In this document: piece by piece, positions 1 to 9,210 of the stretch
Layout of the letters: each line of letters opens with the position of its first letter
Position numbering within the stretch: position 1 is the stretch's first letter
NCBI GenBank assembly: GCA_037444845.1
Contig: JBBILQ010000001.1
Coordinates: forward strand, 25,494-89,493
Direction: 5' to 3'
Source: Candidatus Aminicenantes bacterium
Lineage (GTDB): Bacteria > Acidobacteriota > Aminicenantia > Aminicenantales > UBA8522
DNA length: 64,000 nt
The notes under the pieces: model-generated
What the model was told of the DNA's origin: nothing
The model's input: only the letters and a program-made list of their open reading frames with translations
Databases searched by the model: none
Translations under genes and position numbers: made by a program

Positions 1-197
1 TTGTGGCCATCGCCCAGAAATCTCTCCAGAAAAAGTTAGGGGCGAGGGGCCTGAGGACGATCATCGAGGATCTCATGCTTGATCTCATGTATGACCTCCC
101 CTCATCCAAGAAAGCGACCAAGATTGAGGTCTCAAGAAAAATGGTGGAAGAGGACGGACAGGCCTTCGAACGACTAAAAAGAGCAGTGGGAGAATAG
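1..197 (+). CDS. clpX: ATP-dependent Clp protease ATP-binding subunit ClpX, C-terminal fragment (gene starts upstream of window)
   Basis: Translation ...[23 protein letters not shown]... matches conserved ClpX C-terminus; sits directly upstream of lon as in the common clpX-lon arrangement; reading frame open from position 1. Confidence 0.8.
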   Translation, partial: VAIAQKSLQKKLGARGLRTIIEDLMLDLMYDLPSSKKATKIEVSRKMVEEDGQAFERLKRAVGE

Positions 198-198
198 G

Positions 199-2628
199 AT
201 GAGCCATGAAATGAACAGCGGCACAGAAATGATCCGGAACATCCCGCTTATCCCGTTGCGAGACCTGGTCATCTTCCCTTCAACGTTGGTGCCGTTCATC
301 ATCGGGAGGCCGTCTTCTATCCAGGCGCTGGATAAAGCCGCAGAAAAAGATAAAATGATCTTCCTCTCCGCCCAAATGAATGCCTCATTGGACAACCCTT
401 CGCCCAAAGATATCTATTCCCTGGGAGTCACCGCCAAGATTATCCGGACGGTCAAATCCGACGAGAAGAATGTTAAGGTCATTGTCGAGGCGAAGAAAAG
501 GGCGCGGGTCATCGAGTACCTGAGCACTTTTCCGTATTATCAAGTCCTGGCAAAAGTCATCCGGGAAATAGAGGACAACAGCCCGGAAATAAAAGAACTC
601 CTGAAAAGGGTTCTGGCCTTGTTTGAGGATTACCTGAAAGTCAACCAGAATGCCAACATCGAGTCCATCATCCCTGCCTTGAGGGACACGACTCCGGAGA
701 GAACGAGTGATATCATCTCTTCCCATCTCTACCTGCCTCTCGAGGAAAAGCAGAACCTGTTGGAGACCATCAGCCCTCTCGAAAGGATCCGTCGTTTGAA
801 CTACCTTCTGGAGAACGAAATCCTGAAGATCCATTCAAAACTTCGGCGCGAGGGTTTCAAGCACGAGCGGCAGAAAGTCTCGGGCAAGGACAGCCGTCAG
901 AATATTTTCCCTGCCGGCCCCGGGTCGCGCAAAGAAGACCAGCCGAACGAAATCGAGGAACTCAAGCAAAAAGTCAAAAAGGCCAATATGCCTTCCGACG
1001 CCGAAGAAAAAGCCCTTAAGGAGATAGAAAGGCTGGAAACGATGCCGCCGATGTCGGCCGAGGCAACCGTCTGCCGGAACTACTTAGACTGGCTGATTTC
1101 CCTTCCGTGGAATAAAAAGAGTCGCGAGAAAAGAGACCTCAAGGAAGCCGAGAGGATTCTCGAAGAAGACCACTACGGGCTGGAAAAAGTCAAAGAAAGG
1201 ATCATAGAGTATCTTTCCATCAGGCAGTTAGTCAAGCATCCCAAGGGCGTCATCCTGGGACTCATTGGCCCGCCTGGAGTAGGGAAGAGTTCACTCGGCC
1301 GTTCGATTGCCCGGGCCACCGGCAGACAGTTCGTCCGGCTATCGCTTGGCGGCGTTCGCGACGAGGCTGAGATTCGGGGACACCGCCGGACTTATATCGG
1401 CGCTTATCCGGGCCGGATCATCCAGATGGTTAAAAGGGCCGGCACCAAAAATCCGGTGTTCCTGCTCGATGAAGTCGATAAGATGAGCATGGATTTCAGG
1501 GGCGACCCGGCGTCGGCCTTGATGGAAGTCCTCGACCCTGAGCAAAACAGCACATTTCTTGACCATTACATCGACACCGATTTCGACCTCTCTCAGGTCA
1601 TGTTTATCGTCACGGCCAACATGCTCGAGCCGATTCCTCGCCCTCTTGTCGACCGCATGGAAGTCATCCGCCTCCCAGGCTACACCGAGGATGAAAAGCT
1701 GCAGATCGCAAAGAAATTCTTGATTCCCAAACAGATGAAAGCGCACGGCCTGAAGCCCGCCAACTTGAAGATAATCGATCAGGCGCTCCAGAAGATCATC
1801 CGCGAGTACACGAGAGAGGCCGGGGTCCGAAACCTGGAAAGAGAGGTCACGTCGATCTGCCGCAAGCTCGTCAAGAAGGTTGTCCAAAAAGGTAAAGACC
1901 ACCGCGAAAGAGTCACGCCGAAGAACCTCGAAGCCTACCTGGGAATCCCCAGGTACAGGCGTTCAGAGATCGATAAGAAGGACGAAATCGGCGCCGCCAT
2001 CGGCATGGCCTGGACAGAGTTTGGCGGCGAGCTTTTGACCTTCGAATCAACCAAGGTCCACGGCAAGGGGAATTTCACGCTGACGGGGCAGTTGGGCGAA
2101 ATCATGCAGGAATCGGCCCAGGCTGCCTTCAGCTATGTCAGGGGAAAAATCTACGAGCTGAACATCGTCAAGGACCTCCACAAGAATTTTGATATTCATA
2201 TTCATGTCCCTGAAGGTTCCACGCCCAAAGAAGGGCCTTCAGCGGGAATCACCATCGCCACATCAATCATCTCCCTTCTGACCGAAATCCCGGTGAACAG
2301 AAGGATTGCCATGAGCGGGGAGATCACCCTCAAGGGGAGAGTCCTCCCTGTCGGCGGGATAAAAGAAAAACTCCTGGCGGCCCACAGGGAAGGAATCCGT
2401 GAAGCGATTATTCCCATCGATAATAAGCCGGACCTCAAGGATGTCCCCATGGTGATCAAAAAGGATTTGCGCATCCATCTCGTTGAAACGATGGACGAAG
2501 TCCTTAAGATAGTCCTGACCAAAGATCTTCCTCAGAAACCCCCAAAGGAGAAGATGATCTTGGCCCAGGAGCTTCCCCAGGAAGGGGAGGAGGGCAAGGG
2601 TCCGGCCGAACCTCCCTTCCCGCATTGA
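199..2628 (+). CDS. lon: ATP-dependent protease La (Lon)
   Basis: 809 aa; N-terminal LON domain, Walker A GPPGVGKSS, AAA+ core, C-terminal proteolytic domain with PKEGPSAGIT catalytic serine motif. Confidence 0.95.
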   Translation: MSHEMNSGTEMIRNIPLIPLRDLVIFPSTLVPFIIGRPSSIQALDKAAEKDKMIFLSAQMNASLDNPSPKDIYSLGVTAKIIRTVKSDEKNVKVIVEAKKRARVIEYLSTFPYYQVLAKVIREIEDNSPEIKELLKRVLALFEDYLKVNQNANIESIIPALRDTTPERTSDIISSHLYLPLEEKQNLLETISPLERIRRLNYLLENEILKIHSKLRREGFKHERQKVSGKDSRQNIFPAGPGSRKEDQPNEIEELKQKVKKANMPSDAEEKALKEIERLETMPPMSAEATVCRNYLDWLISLPWNKKSREKRDLKEAERILEEDHYGLEKVKERIIEYLSIRQLVKHPKGVILGLIGPPGVGKSSLGRSIARATGRQFVRLSLGGVRDEAEIRGHRRTYIGAYPGRIIQMVKRAGTKNPVFLLDEVDKMSMDFRGDPASALMEVLDPEQNSTFLDHYIDTDFDLSQVMFIVTANMLEPIPRPLVDRMEVIRLPGYTEDEKLQIAKKFLIPKQMKAHGLKPANLKIIDQALQKIIREYTREAGVRNLEREVTSICRKLVKKVVQKGKDHRERVTPKNLEAYLGIPRYRRSEIDKKDEIGAAIGMAWTEFGGELLTFESTKVHGKGNFTLTGQLGEIMQESAQAAFSYVRGKIYELNIVKDLHKNFDIHIHVPEGSTPKEGPSAGITIATSIISLLTEIPVNRRIAMSGEITLKGRVLPVGGIKEKLLAAHREGIREAIIPIDNKPDLKDVPMVIKKDLRIHLVETMDEVLKIVLTKDLPQKPPKEKMILAQELPQEGEEGKGPAEPPFPH

Positions 2629-2805
2629 TGAAAAGCCGAGATCGAGCACGCCAATTCGTTTCAGGACGATAAATGAAGCGACATCAGCTTGAATGACAGA
2701 ACAATAACCGAAGTTGAGGTTATCAGGACAAGAGAAAACCGGGACGCCCTGTGATGTCAATGTCATCGGGAAAAAACGAAAAAATGAGCCAAGGAGACGA
2801 ATGAG

Positions 2806-4086
2806 ATGAAAGAGTACAGTCTGGTTGAACTCGAAGAAAAAGAGAAGAAGGAGCTTCAAAAAATTGCAGGCCAAGCCGGCGTGGAAGATGAGGAAATTGA
2901 CGACGCCAGCAAGCACAACCTGATTTTCAGGATTCTTGAGGCCCAGGCCAAAAAGAATGGGCTGCTGTTTTCAGAGGGTGTGTTGGAATGTCTGGAAGAC
3001 GGGTTCGGCTTTCTCCGGGCGCCTGAGTTCAGTTATCTGCCGAGCCAGGACGACATCTACGTTTCTCCTTCGCAGATAAGGAAATTCCAGCTCCGCACGG
3101 GCGACACCATATCGGGCATCGTCCGGCCTCCAAAAAACGGCGAGAAATACTTCGCCCTGATCAAGATCGAAGCCATCAATTTCACTCACCCGGATGTTTT
3201 GCAGGACATGAGACGGAACGTTCACTTTGAGCACCTGACCCCGCTCTATCCCTTCGAGAAGATCAGCCTGGAAGACGGGAATGCCAAGAACATGAACGCC
3301 CGGATCATGGACCTCCTGACTCCGATTGGCAAGGGGCAGAGGGGGCTTATCGTCTCTCCGCCGCGGGCCGGGAAAACAACGCTGCTCAAGACGATCGCCA
3401 AGTCGATCGAGAAAAACCACCCCGAAATCTTCCTCATTGTCCTCCTCGTCGCAGAGCGACCGGAAGAAGTCACGGATTTTCAGAGAAGCGTTAACGGTGA
3501 AGTCGTCGCCTCGACTTTTGATGAGCCCCCGGCAAGAAACGCTCAAGTGGCGAATATCGTCCTCGAAAAAGCCAAGAGGCTGGTGGAAATAAAAAGAGAC
3601 GTTACCATTTTGCTCGACAGCGTGACCAGGTTGGCCAGAGCGCACAACGCCATCATCCCGCCATCGGGCAAGGTATTGTCAGGCGGAATCGACGCTAATG
3701 CGTTGAACAAACCTAAGAAATTCTTCGGTTCAGCCAGGAAAGTCGAGGAAGGGGGAAGCCTGACCATCGTGGCGACTGCCCTCGTTGATACAGGAAGCCG
3801 CATGGATGATGTCATTTTCGAAGAATTTAAGGGGACGGGGAACATGGAGATCAACCTGGACCGCAGGTTGGTGGACAAACGTCTTTTCCCGGCGATTGAC
3901 ATCAACAGGTCAGCCACGAGAAAAGAGGAGTTGCTCATCGAAGAAGCAGACCTCAACCGGATCTGGATTCTGAGGAAAGTCTTGAGCCAGCTCTCTGAAG
4001 TAGAAGCGATGGAGCTTTTGGTCGAAAAACTGGGTAAGACCAAGAAAAACTCGGACTTCCTGAACGCCATGAGCAAAGGGCTGTAA
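2806..4086 (+). CDS. rho: Transcription termination factor Rho
   Basis: 426 aa; N-terminal RNA-binding region (GFGFLR), Walker [11 protein letters not shown], typical Rho length; preceded by ~180 nt leader. Confidence 0.95.
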   Translation: MKEYSLVELEEKEKKELQKIAGQAGVEDEEIDDASKHNLIFRILEAQAKKNGLLFSEGVLECLEDGFGFLRAPEFSYLPSQDDIYVSPSQIRKFQLRTGDTISGIVRPPKNGEKYFALIKIEAINFTHPDVLQDMRRNVHFEHLTPLYPFEKISLEDGNAKNMNARIMDLLTPIGKGQRGLIVSPPRAGKTTLLKTIAKSIEKNHPEIFLIVLLVAERPEEVTDFQRSVNGEVVASTFDEPPARNAQVANIVLEKAKRLVEIKRDVTILLDSVTRLARAHNAIIPPSGKVLSGGIDANALNKPKKFFGSARKVEEGGSLTIVATALVDTGSRMDDVIFEEFKGTGNMEINLDRRLVDKRLFPAIDINRSATRKEELLIEEADLNRIWILRKVLSQLSEVEAMELLVEKLGKTKKNSDFLNAMSKGL

Positions 4087-4161
4087 TTTCCCCAGAAACG
4101 AGGGGTGGCGCGGGCAAAGTCCGCGCCATATTTTGATTTTTCCCAAATAAATATTTGCTAG

Positions 4162-4315
4162 CCTGATCTATTCACAAAATGATACGATAAAACGCCCCCT
4201 CCCCTGGCGGGAGGGGATAGAGGGGAGGGGGAATCTTTGAATGATCCCCCTCACCCCGACCCTCTCCCACATGGGGAGAGGGGATTTTTTCCTTTCATTT
4301 CGTGAATAGTCCAGG
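4162..4315. mobile_element. 154-bp MITE-like element, copy 1 (imperfect terminal inverted repeats CCTGATCTATTCAC / GTGAATAGTCCAGG; flanked by CTAG direct repeat)
   Basis: 100% identical to 10112..10265; termini are reverse complements (12/14, extending to ~21 nt with ..AAATGA); CTAG at 4158-4161 and 4316-4319; internal GC-rich hairpins followed by T-runs on both strands; intergenic between convergent rho and parB. Confidence 0.65.
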
Positions 4316-4611
4316 CTAGTTTCTCTGCTATATAAGCTTGACATATTTGTAATCTAGGAATAGAAGCATAAACCGATAGAGGGAGCGGAAGGGTATTTTT
4401 GGGTAGATATCTCAAGAAAACGAACAAGAAAGACCAGAAACCGAAGAAAGAAGAGAAAAAGGAAAATAATATTGCGTCGCATAAGGGTTATTATGTCAAC
4501 TTTAATATTTTTTTACAAAAAGGCTACGCTTAATTCAGACAGAAGATACCATTCTTCTCAGGTTCTAGATTAATGACGCGAGATTCGCCCGCCTGCCTTT
4601 TGGGCGCCGCG

Positions 4612-5448
4612 CTAAGGTTTAGATTTCAATTTAGAAACAATATCTTCAAGAACCTTGATAATTTCTTCTTTGGTGACAGAATATTTCTTGAACTCAATGC
4701 GAAGATGATAATAATCGTTGTGTTGGGGGCTGTAACTAAATACGTAGGGCTTTCCTTTTTTGATTTTTCCTTTAATCTTCTTAGATAAATCGCGCGTATC
4801 TTCGCGGCGAAGCCCTCTTTGTCCGATTTCGTTGATGAGTCTTTCCATGTCTTCTTCTTTGTTTAGCTTTGCTATCTCTATGAGGGTGCTCCGGCTGGTG
4901 ATGTCGAACGACTGGCAAAGAGAGCGGAGATTTTTTGGAATTTTGGCTACGTTGATGATTTCCGTGATTGTTGACCGGGCTTTACCGATTTTTTCGGCAA
5001 GCTGGCCGTGGTTATAGCCATAAATATCGATAAGCGCATTCAAGCCGTCAGCTTCTTCGAACACATCCAGGTCTTTTCTTTGCAGGTTTTCAATAAGGGC
5101 AAGCTCAAGAGCTTCATTATCTTTCACGTTCATCTCAATACAGGGAATTTCGGTGAGGCCGGCATTTTTTGAGGCCACAAAGCGGCGCTCTCCAGCGATG
5201 ATTTCATAGCGGTCGTTCTTTGGACGAACAAGGATAGGTTCGAGGACTCCTTTGGCTCTTACAGAAGCGGTAAGCTCGTCAAGATTTCCCAATTCGTTGC
5301 GGGCCTGTTGAGGGTTGGGGTCAATTTTATTAAGAGAAATCATCCTGATGCGAGGCCCGGAAGCTCGTGAAGAAATAAGGTCGACAAAATGACCATCATG
5401 CCGCATGGCGATTGAATCAGGCAACCCGGAGCGTTTAGTTTTCTGCAC
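4612..5448 (-). CDS. parB: ParB/Spo0J-family chromosome partitioning protein (start codon uncertain; internal Met alternatives at ~5406)
   Basis: ParB N-terminal box LNKIDPNPQQAR, GERRFVASKNAGLTEIPC, HTH region; immediately downstream of parA on same strand. Confidence 0.85.
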   Translation of the reverse strand: MQKTKRSGLPDSIAMRHDGHFVDLISSRASGPRIRMISLNKIDPNPQQARNELGNLDELTASVRAKGVLEPILVRPKNDRYEIIAGERRFVASKNAGLTEIPCIEMNVKDNEALELALIENLQRKDLDVFEEADGLNALIDIYGYNHGQLAEKIGKARSTITEIINVAKIPKNLRSLCQSFDITSRSTLIEIAKLNKEEDMERLINEIGQRGLRREDTRDLSKKIKGKIKKGKPYVFSYSPQHNDYYHLRIEFKKYSVTKEEIIKVLEDIVSKLKSKP

Positions 5449-6200
5449 GTTGGATAATCTCCTCAGCTATTTTTCTGTATTGATAGGCTCCAACAGAATT
5501 GGGGGCATACGTGAATATGGATTCTTTATACGCAGGGCTTTCTTCAAGCTTAACGCTTTTAGAGACGAGCGTTTTGAAGACGAGATTGCCAAAGACTTTG
5601 CGAATTCTCTTGACGACGTCTTTTGAAATGTTGGTCCTCTTATCATGAAGCGTGATTAAAATCCCGAGGATGCGCAATTCCGGGTTGGCCACTCTTTTTA
5701 CTTTATCGACCGTCTCGATGAGGTCGTCCGTCCCTTCCAGGCAAAGATAGGAAGACTGGATGGGAATCAAAATATGAGTTGCAGCAACAAGAGAGTTGAG
5801 GGTGATGAGCCCGAGGGTCGGCGGGGTATCAATGACGATATGCGTATAATTTTCTCTTACCGGCTCAAGGATCTCCTTAAGGCGATAGTGACCGTCAATC
5901 TCGCCTAACAATGATGGCTCAAGCTTGGCCATTGAAATCTTTGAGATGGCGATATCAAGCCCGGGTATGGTTGACCTAGAAATGATCGTTTCGATGTTCT
6001 CTTCTTGGCGCATCATGACATCATAGAGAGATTTCGAGAAGCAGCTCGGGTCATTCAGGACGGATATTGTGCTGTGGGCCTGGGGGTCTGTGTCAACAAG
6101 AAGCATCTTTTGGCCCATCAAAGCGAGAGCGGCCGAAATGTTGAGAGCCGTCGTCGTCTTCCCTACTCCGCCTTTCTGATTCGTGATCGCAATAATCAAG
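5435..6200 (-). CDS. parA: ParA/Soj-family partitioning ATPase
   Basis: Deviant Walker A IIAITNQKGGVGKTTT; probable TTG start at 6200..6198 preceded by GGAGG RBS (ORF-track Met at 6265 gives an atypical hydrophobic extension). Confidence 0.9.
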
Positions 6201-6453
6201 AACAGCCTCCGTCCAGGGCGAGCGATTTTAAAAAATAGCATAATGAAAGAAAAAGAAAAAAGCAAGAAAATGAATAAGCAAAACTTGGAAGAAGTAGAAG
6301 AAATGTCGGCATGCCGACATTTAGTTAAATAGATGAAAATAAAGTAGTTATATTATTTTAGAACGAGATAGAAGGCATGTGTTATGAAACATAATGATTG
6401 AAAAAATAAATCGATTGAAGGGAAAAAAGCGATCAAGTATAATCGGAAAAATC

Positions 6454-7869
6454 ATCATGAACAAACGGGCAGAGAGCGGGTCAAAACCGAGGTTCATCCA
6501 GAAGATGAACCTTATGGATTCGGTATTCCTGGTAATGGGTGCAGTCATTGGTTCTGGGATTTTCATGACCACGGGGTTTATCGCGGAGTTCGTTCCATCC
6601 GCTTTCATGGTGTTGACCGTATGGCTGATAGGCGGAATAGTAACGCTTTGCGGCGCTTTATCCTTCGGTGAGCTGGGTTCGATGTTTCCTAAAGCAGGGG
6701 GGCAATTTGTTTACCTCAAAGAAGCTTACGGGGATTGGGCGGGATTCCTTTTTGGCTGGACATTTTTCTGGGTCATTGAGTGCGGCGGGATTGCCGCCCT
6801 GGCCGTCGGGTTTGCCGAATATGCGGGCTATTTCTTGCCCGGGCTCTCTCCCCAGGCCTCTTTAATAAAAGCAGAGATCGCGGGCATCCCATTGTCTCTT
6901 TCAGCTGGTCAATTCGTGGCGGTAGGGTCAATAGCAGTGCTTTCTGTCATAAATTATCTGGGGATAAAAAGCGGCATACTCGTCCAGAACTTCTTCACAT
7001 TCTTGAGAATCGGCTGTCTGGCGGCCATTGTCTTAGGCGGTTGGTTTATCGGCAGCAAATCAGGCGTCAAGGATCTGGGTCAATTTTTTGCCTCCTCAGG
7101 GCCTCTCGACGTCAAATTCATGGGGTTGGCCTTGTTCGCGGTGCTCTGGACCTATGACGGCTGGTATTCGGTTAGCTGCGCCGCCGAAGAGATAAAAAAC
7201 CCAAAGCGAAACATCCCGCTGAGTCTATTCCTGGGAACGGCAGCGGTTACGATTATTTATCTTCTAGTTAATATGGTCTATATCATGGCCGTGCCGATTG
7301 AACGGATGAAGGGAGTCGCCCGCGTCGGAGAGCTGGTCGCAACCTCCCTATTCGGTCATAAAGGGGCTTTTTTGATCGCTGCGGGCATCACGGTGACAAT
7401 ATTCGGTTGCCTTAGCGCCACGATTCTCTACGGGCCAAGGGTTTATTATGCAATGGCCAAGGAACGTCTATTTTTCAAGCGCATGAGCTTCATTCATCAG
7501 CGTTTTAGGGTCCCCACCACAGCTATTACCTTCCAGGCGGTTTGGTCTTCGCTTCTCTGTCTGTCAGGGACATACCAGACGCTTTATGAATATGTCATCT
7601 TTGCGCTTGTTTTATTTTTTGCGGCAACCGGAGCTGCCGTCATCATTCTCAGAATAACGCAGCCTGAGAAACCCAGGCCTTACAGAACCTGGGGGTATCC
7701 CATCATCCCGGCGGTGTTTATAATCGTCAACCTGGCCATATTCCTGAACAGCATCCTCTCGCAGCCTTTCGAATCTGCTCTCGGGCTGGCCATTATCCTG
7801 GCAGGTGTCCCGGCCTATATTTTCTGGAGAAAAAGAAAGACGGCGGCTGCAGGCCAAGAGAACATGTGA
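6454..7869 (+). CDS. Amino acid permease (APC superfamily)
   Basis: ~12 predicted TM segments, N-terminal GAVIGSGIF signature typical of APC transporters; start taken at MNKRAE.. (ORF track begins 6394). Confidence 0.8.
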   Translation: MMNKRAESGSKPRFIQKMNLMDSVFLVMGAVIGSGIFMTTGFIAEFVPSAFMVLTVWLIGGIVTLCGALSFGELGSMFPKAGGQFVYLKEAYGDWAGFLFGWTFFWVIECGGIAALAVGFAEYAGYFLPGLSPQASLIKAEIAGIPLSLSAGQFVAVGSIAVLSVINYLGIKSGILVQNFFTFLRIGCLAAIVLGGWFIGSKSGVKDLGQFFASSGPLDVKFMGLALFAVLWTYDGWYSVSCAAEEIKNPKRNIPLSLFLGTAAVTIIYLLVNMVYIMAVPIERMKGVARVGELVATSLFGHKGAFLIAAGITVTIFGCLSATILYGPRVYYAMAKERLFFKRMSFIHQRFRVPTTAITFQAVWSSLLCLSGTYQTLYEYVIFALVLFFAATGAAVIILRITQPEKPRPYRTWGYPIIPAVFIIVNLAIFLNSILSQPFESALGLAIILAGVPAYIFWRKRKTAAAGQENM

Positions 7870-8067
7870 AAAAGCCTATATCCTATCAAATCTATAAATT
7901 AGATAGGAAAAATAGGAAATTAAAGAGCGGCTGCGACGACAACCTCCCTTCGAGAAACGCCTCGTCCTCTTGGAGGAGAGCAAAGAGCGAAAAAGTCAAT
8001 GCGTTTTTTCCTTTTTTCAATTATAATATTTTTCAAGATTAAAGAACATACAAAAGGTGGCTCTGTC

Positions 8068-9210
8068 ATGAAAGAAACAAAACTCATTTTTATCATCTTT
8101 ATGTTGATTTCGACAGCATTGCGAGGCGAGAAGGTCATCACGATAGGCCAGGCGGGAACCGAAGGAGAGATCGCTTTCCCCAGGCAGGTGGCAGAAGGGC
8201 CTGACGGCAACATCTATGTCTATGACCAGGCGGATGCCTTGATCAAGGTCTATTCTTCGGCGGGCGATTATCTCCGGAAAATCGGCGGAAAAGGCCAGGG
8301 GCCGGGTGAAATTCAGCGGGCTGAGGGAGTTTCTTTCGGCTTCACGGCCGACGGCAGGCTCTTCTTCACCGAATTCTTCGGCGGACATCCCTGGATTACG
8401 GTGGTCAAGCTCGACGGCGAGCTCGATCGAGTGATTAAGCCTCAGGTCAAGGAATTTTTTGGCATATCCAGGGCAGTCGCGCTCCCGGGAGGGAACTTTC
8501 TGATTGAACTTGTCTTCCTCGGCCAGCCGGAAAAAGAAAAGGATTACTTCTACCATCGCTCTCTCCGCGAAATAGCGCTTCTCGATAGTGAAGGCAGGAT
8601 CCTATCCCGCATCAAGCAGACCAACCACATCACTCGGATTTCCTATGTCCATGATGGGGCCGACTCGCCCATCCCCTACACTCCGATGTTCCTCTGGTGT
8701 CCTTATGATGAGAGCTCCGTCCTTTTCTCGGAGGGGCTTGAGACCAACATCCAGGTGATCGACTACTCGGGGAAACTGGTCCGCAAAATCGAGACTTCTC
8801 TGCCAAAGGCGGAAAAGGTGACCAGCAAAGACTTGGATGAATGGAGAAAACGGCGCCGGGAAATGACCCAGAGCCGCGATCCTGACTGGTGGGCCCGCTT
8901 CGGTAAGGTCATTGAAAAATACAAGAAATCTATCTACCCCTATAAGCCTACTATCTGGGAGATCAATCGGACACCCCGGGGCCGTTTCCTGATCGCCTCA
9001 AGGAGAGAAAGTGATGACGCGCGGGCAAGATACTGGCTCATGGATAAGGATGGAAAACAGCTGCTCAAGGTTGACACATCAGTCTGGATCATGGGGATCT
9101 CGCCAAGTTTTATTTTTTTGGGGCAGGTAGACGAAGACGGCATTCCTTCGATCCGGGCTCTCCGGCGCCAGGGGAAGGAAGAAGAGGATCTTCTCAGGCT
9201 CTGTGACTGA
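8068..9210 (+). CDS. Secreted NHL-repeat-like beta-propeller protein (hypothetical)
   Basis: Signal peptide MKETKLIFIIFMLISTAL; repeats resembling NHL units (GNIYVYDQADALIKVYSSAGDYL..G.GPGEIQRAEGVSF); RBS AAGGTGG before ATG 8068. Confidence 0.5.
   Translation: MKETKLIFIIFMLISTALRGEKVITIGQAGTEGEIAFPRQVAEGPDGNIYVYDQADALIKVYSSAGDYLRKIGGKGQGPGEIQRAEGVSFGFTADGRLFFTEFFGGHPWITVVKLDGELDRVIKPQVKEFFGISRAVALPGGNFLIELVFLGQPEKEKDYFYHRSLREIALLDSEGRILSRIKQTNHITRISYVHDGADSPIPYTPMFLWCPYDESSVLFSEGLETNIQVIDYSGKLVRKIETSLPKAEKVTSKDLDEWRKRRREMTQSRDPDWWARFGKVIEKYKKSIYPYKPTIWEINRTPRGRFLIASRRESDDARARYWLMDKDGKQLLKVDTSVWIMGISPSFIFLGQVDEDGIPSIRALRRQGKEEEDLLRLCD

Noticed and set aside
385-2916. Antisense ORFs within lon (385..834, 1339..1902, 2202..2522, 2263..2916 on the minus strand)
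   Set aside because: Shadow ORFs typical of GC-rich coding DNA; the plus-strand Lon reading frame is unambiguous.
4399-4533. Possible 44-aa lysine-rich ORF (TTG start, MGRYLKKTNKKDQKPKKEEKKENNIASHKGYYVNFNIFLQKGYA) between MITE copy 1 and parB, with a TTGACA-like hexamer at 4338
   Set aside because: Non-ATG start, weak -10 element, low-complexity sequence and no recognisable family; cannot be supported from sequence alone.
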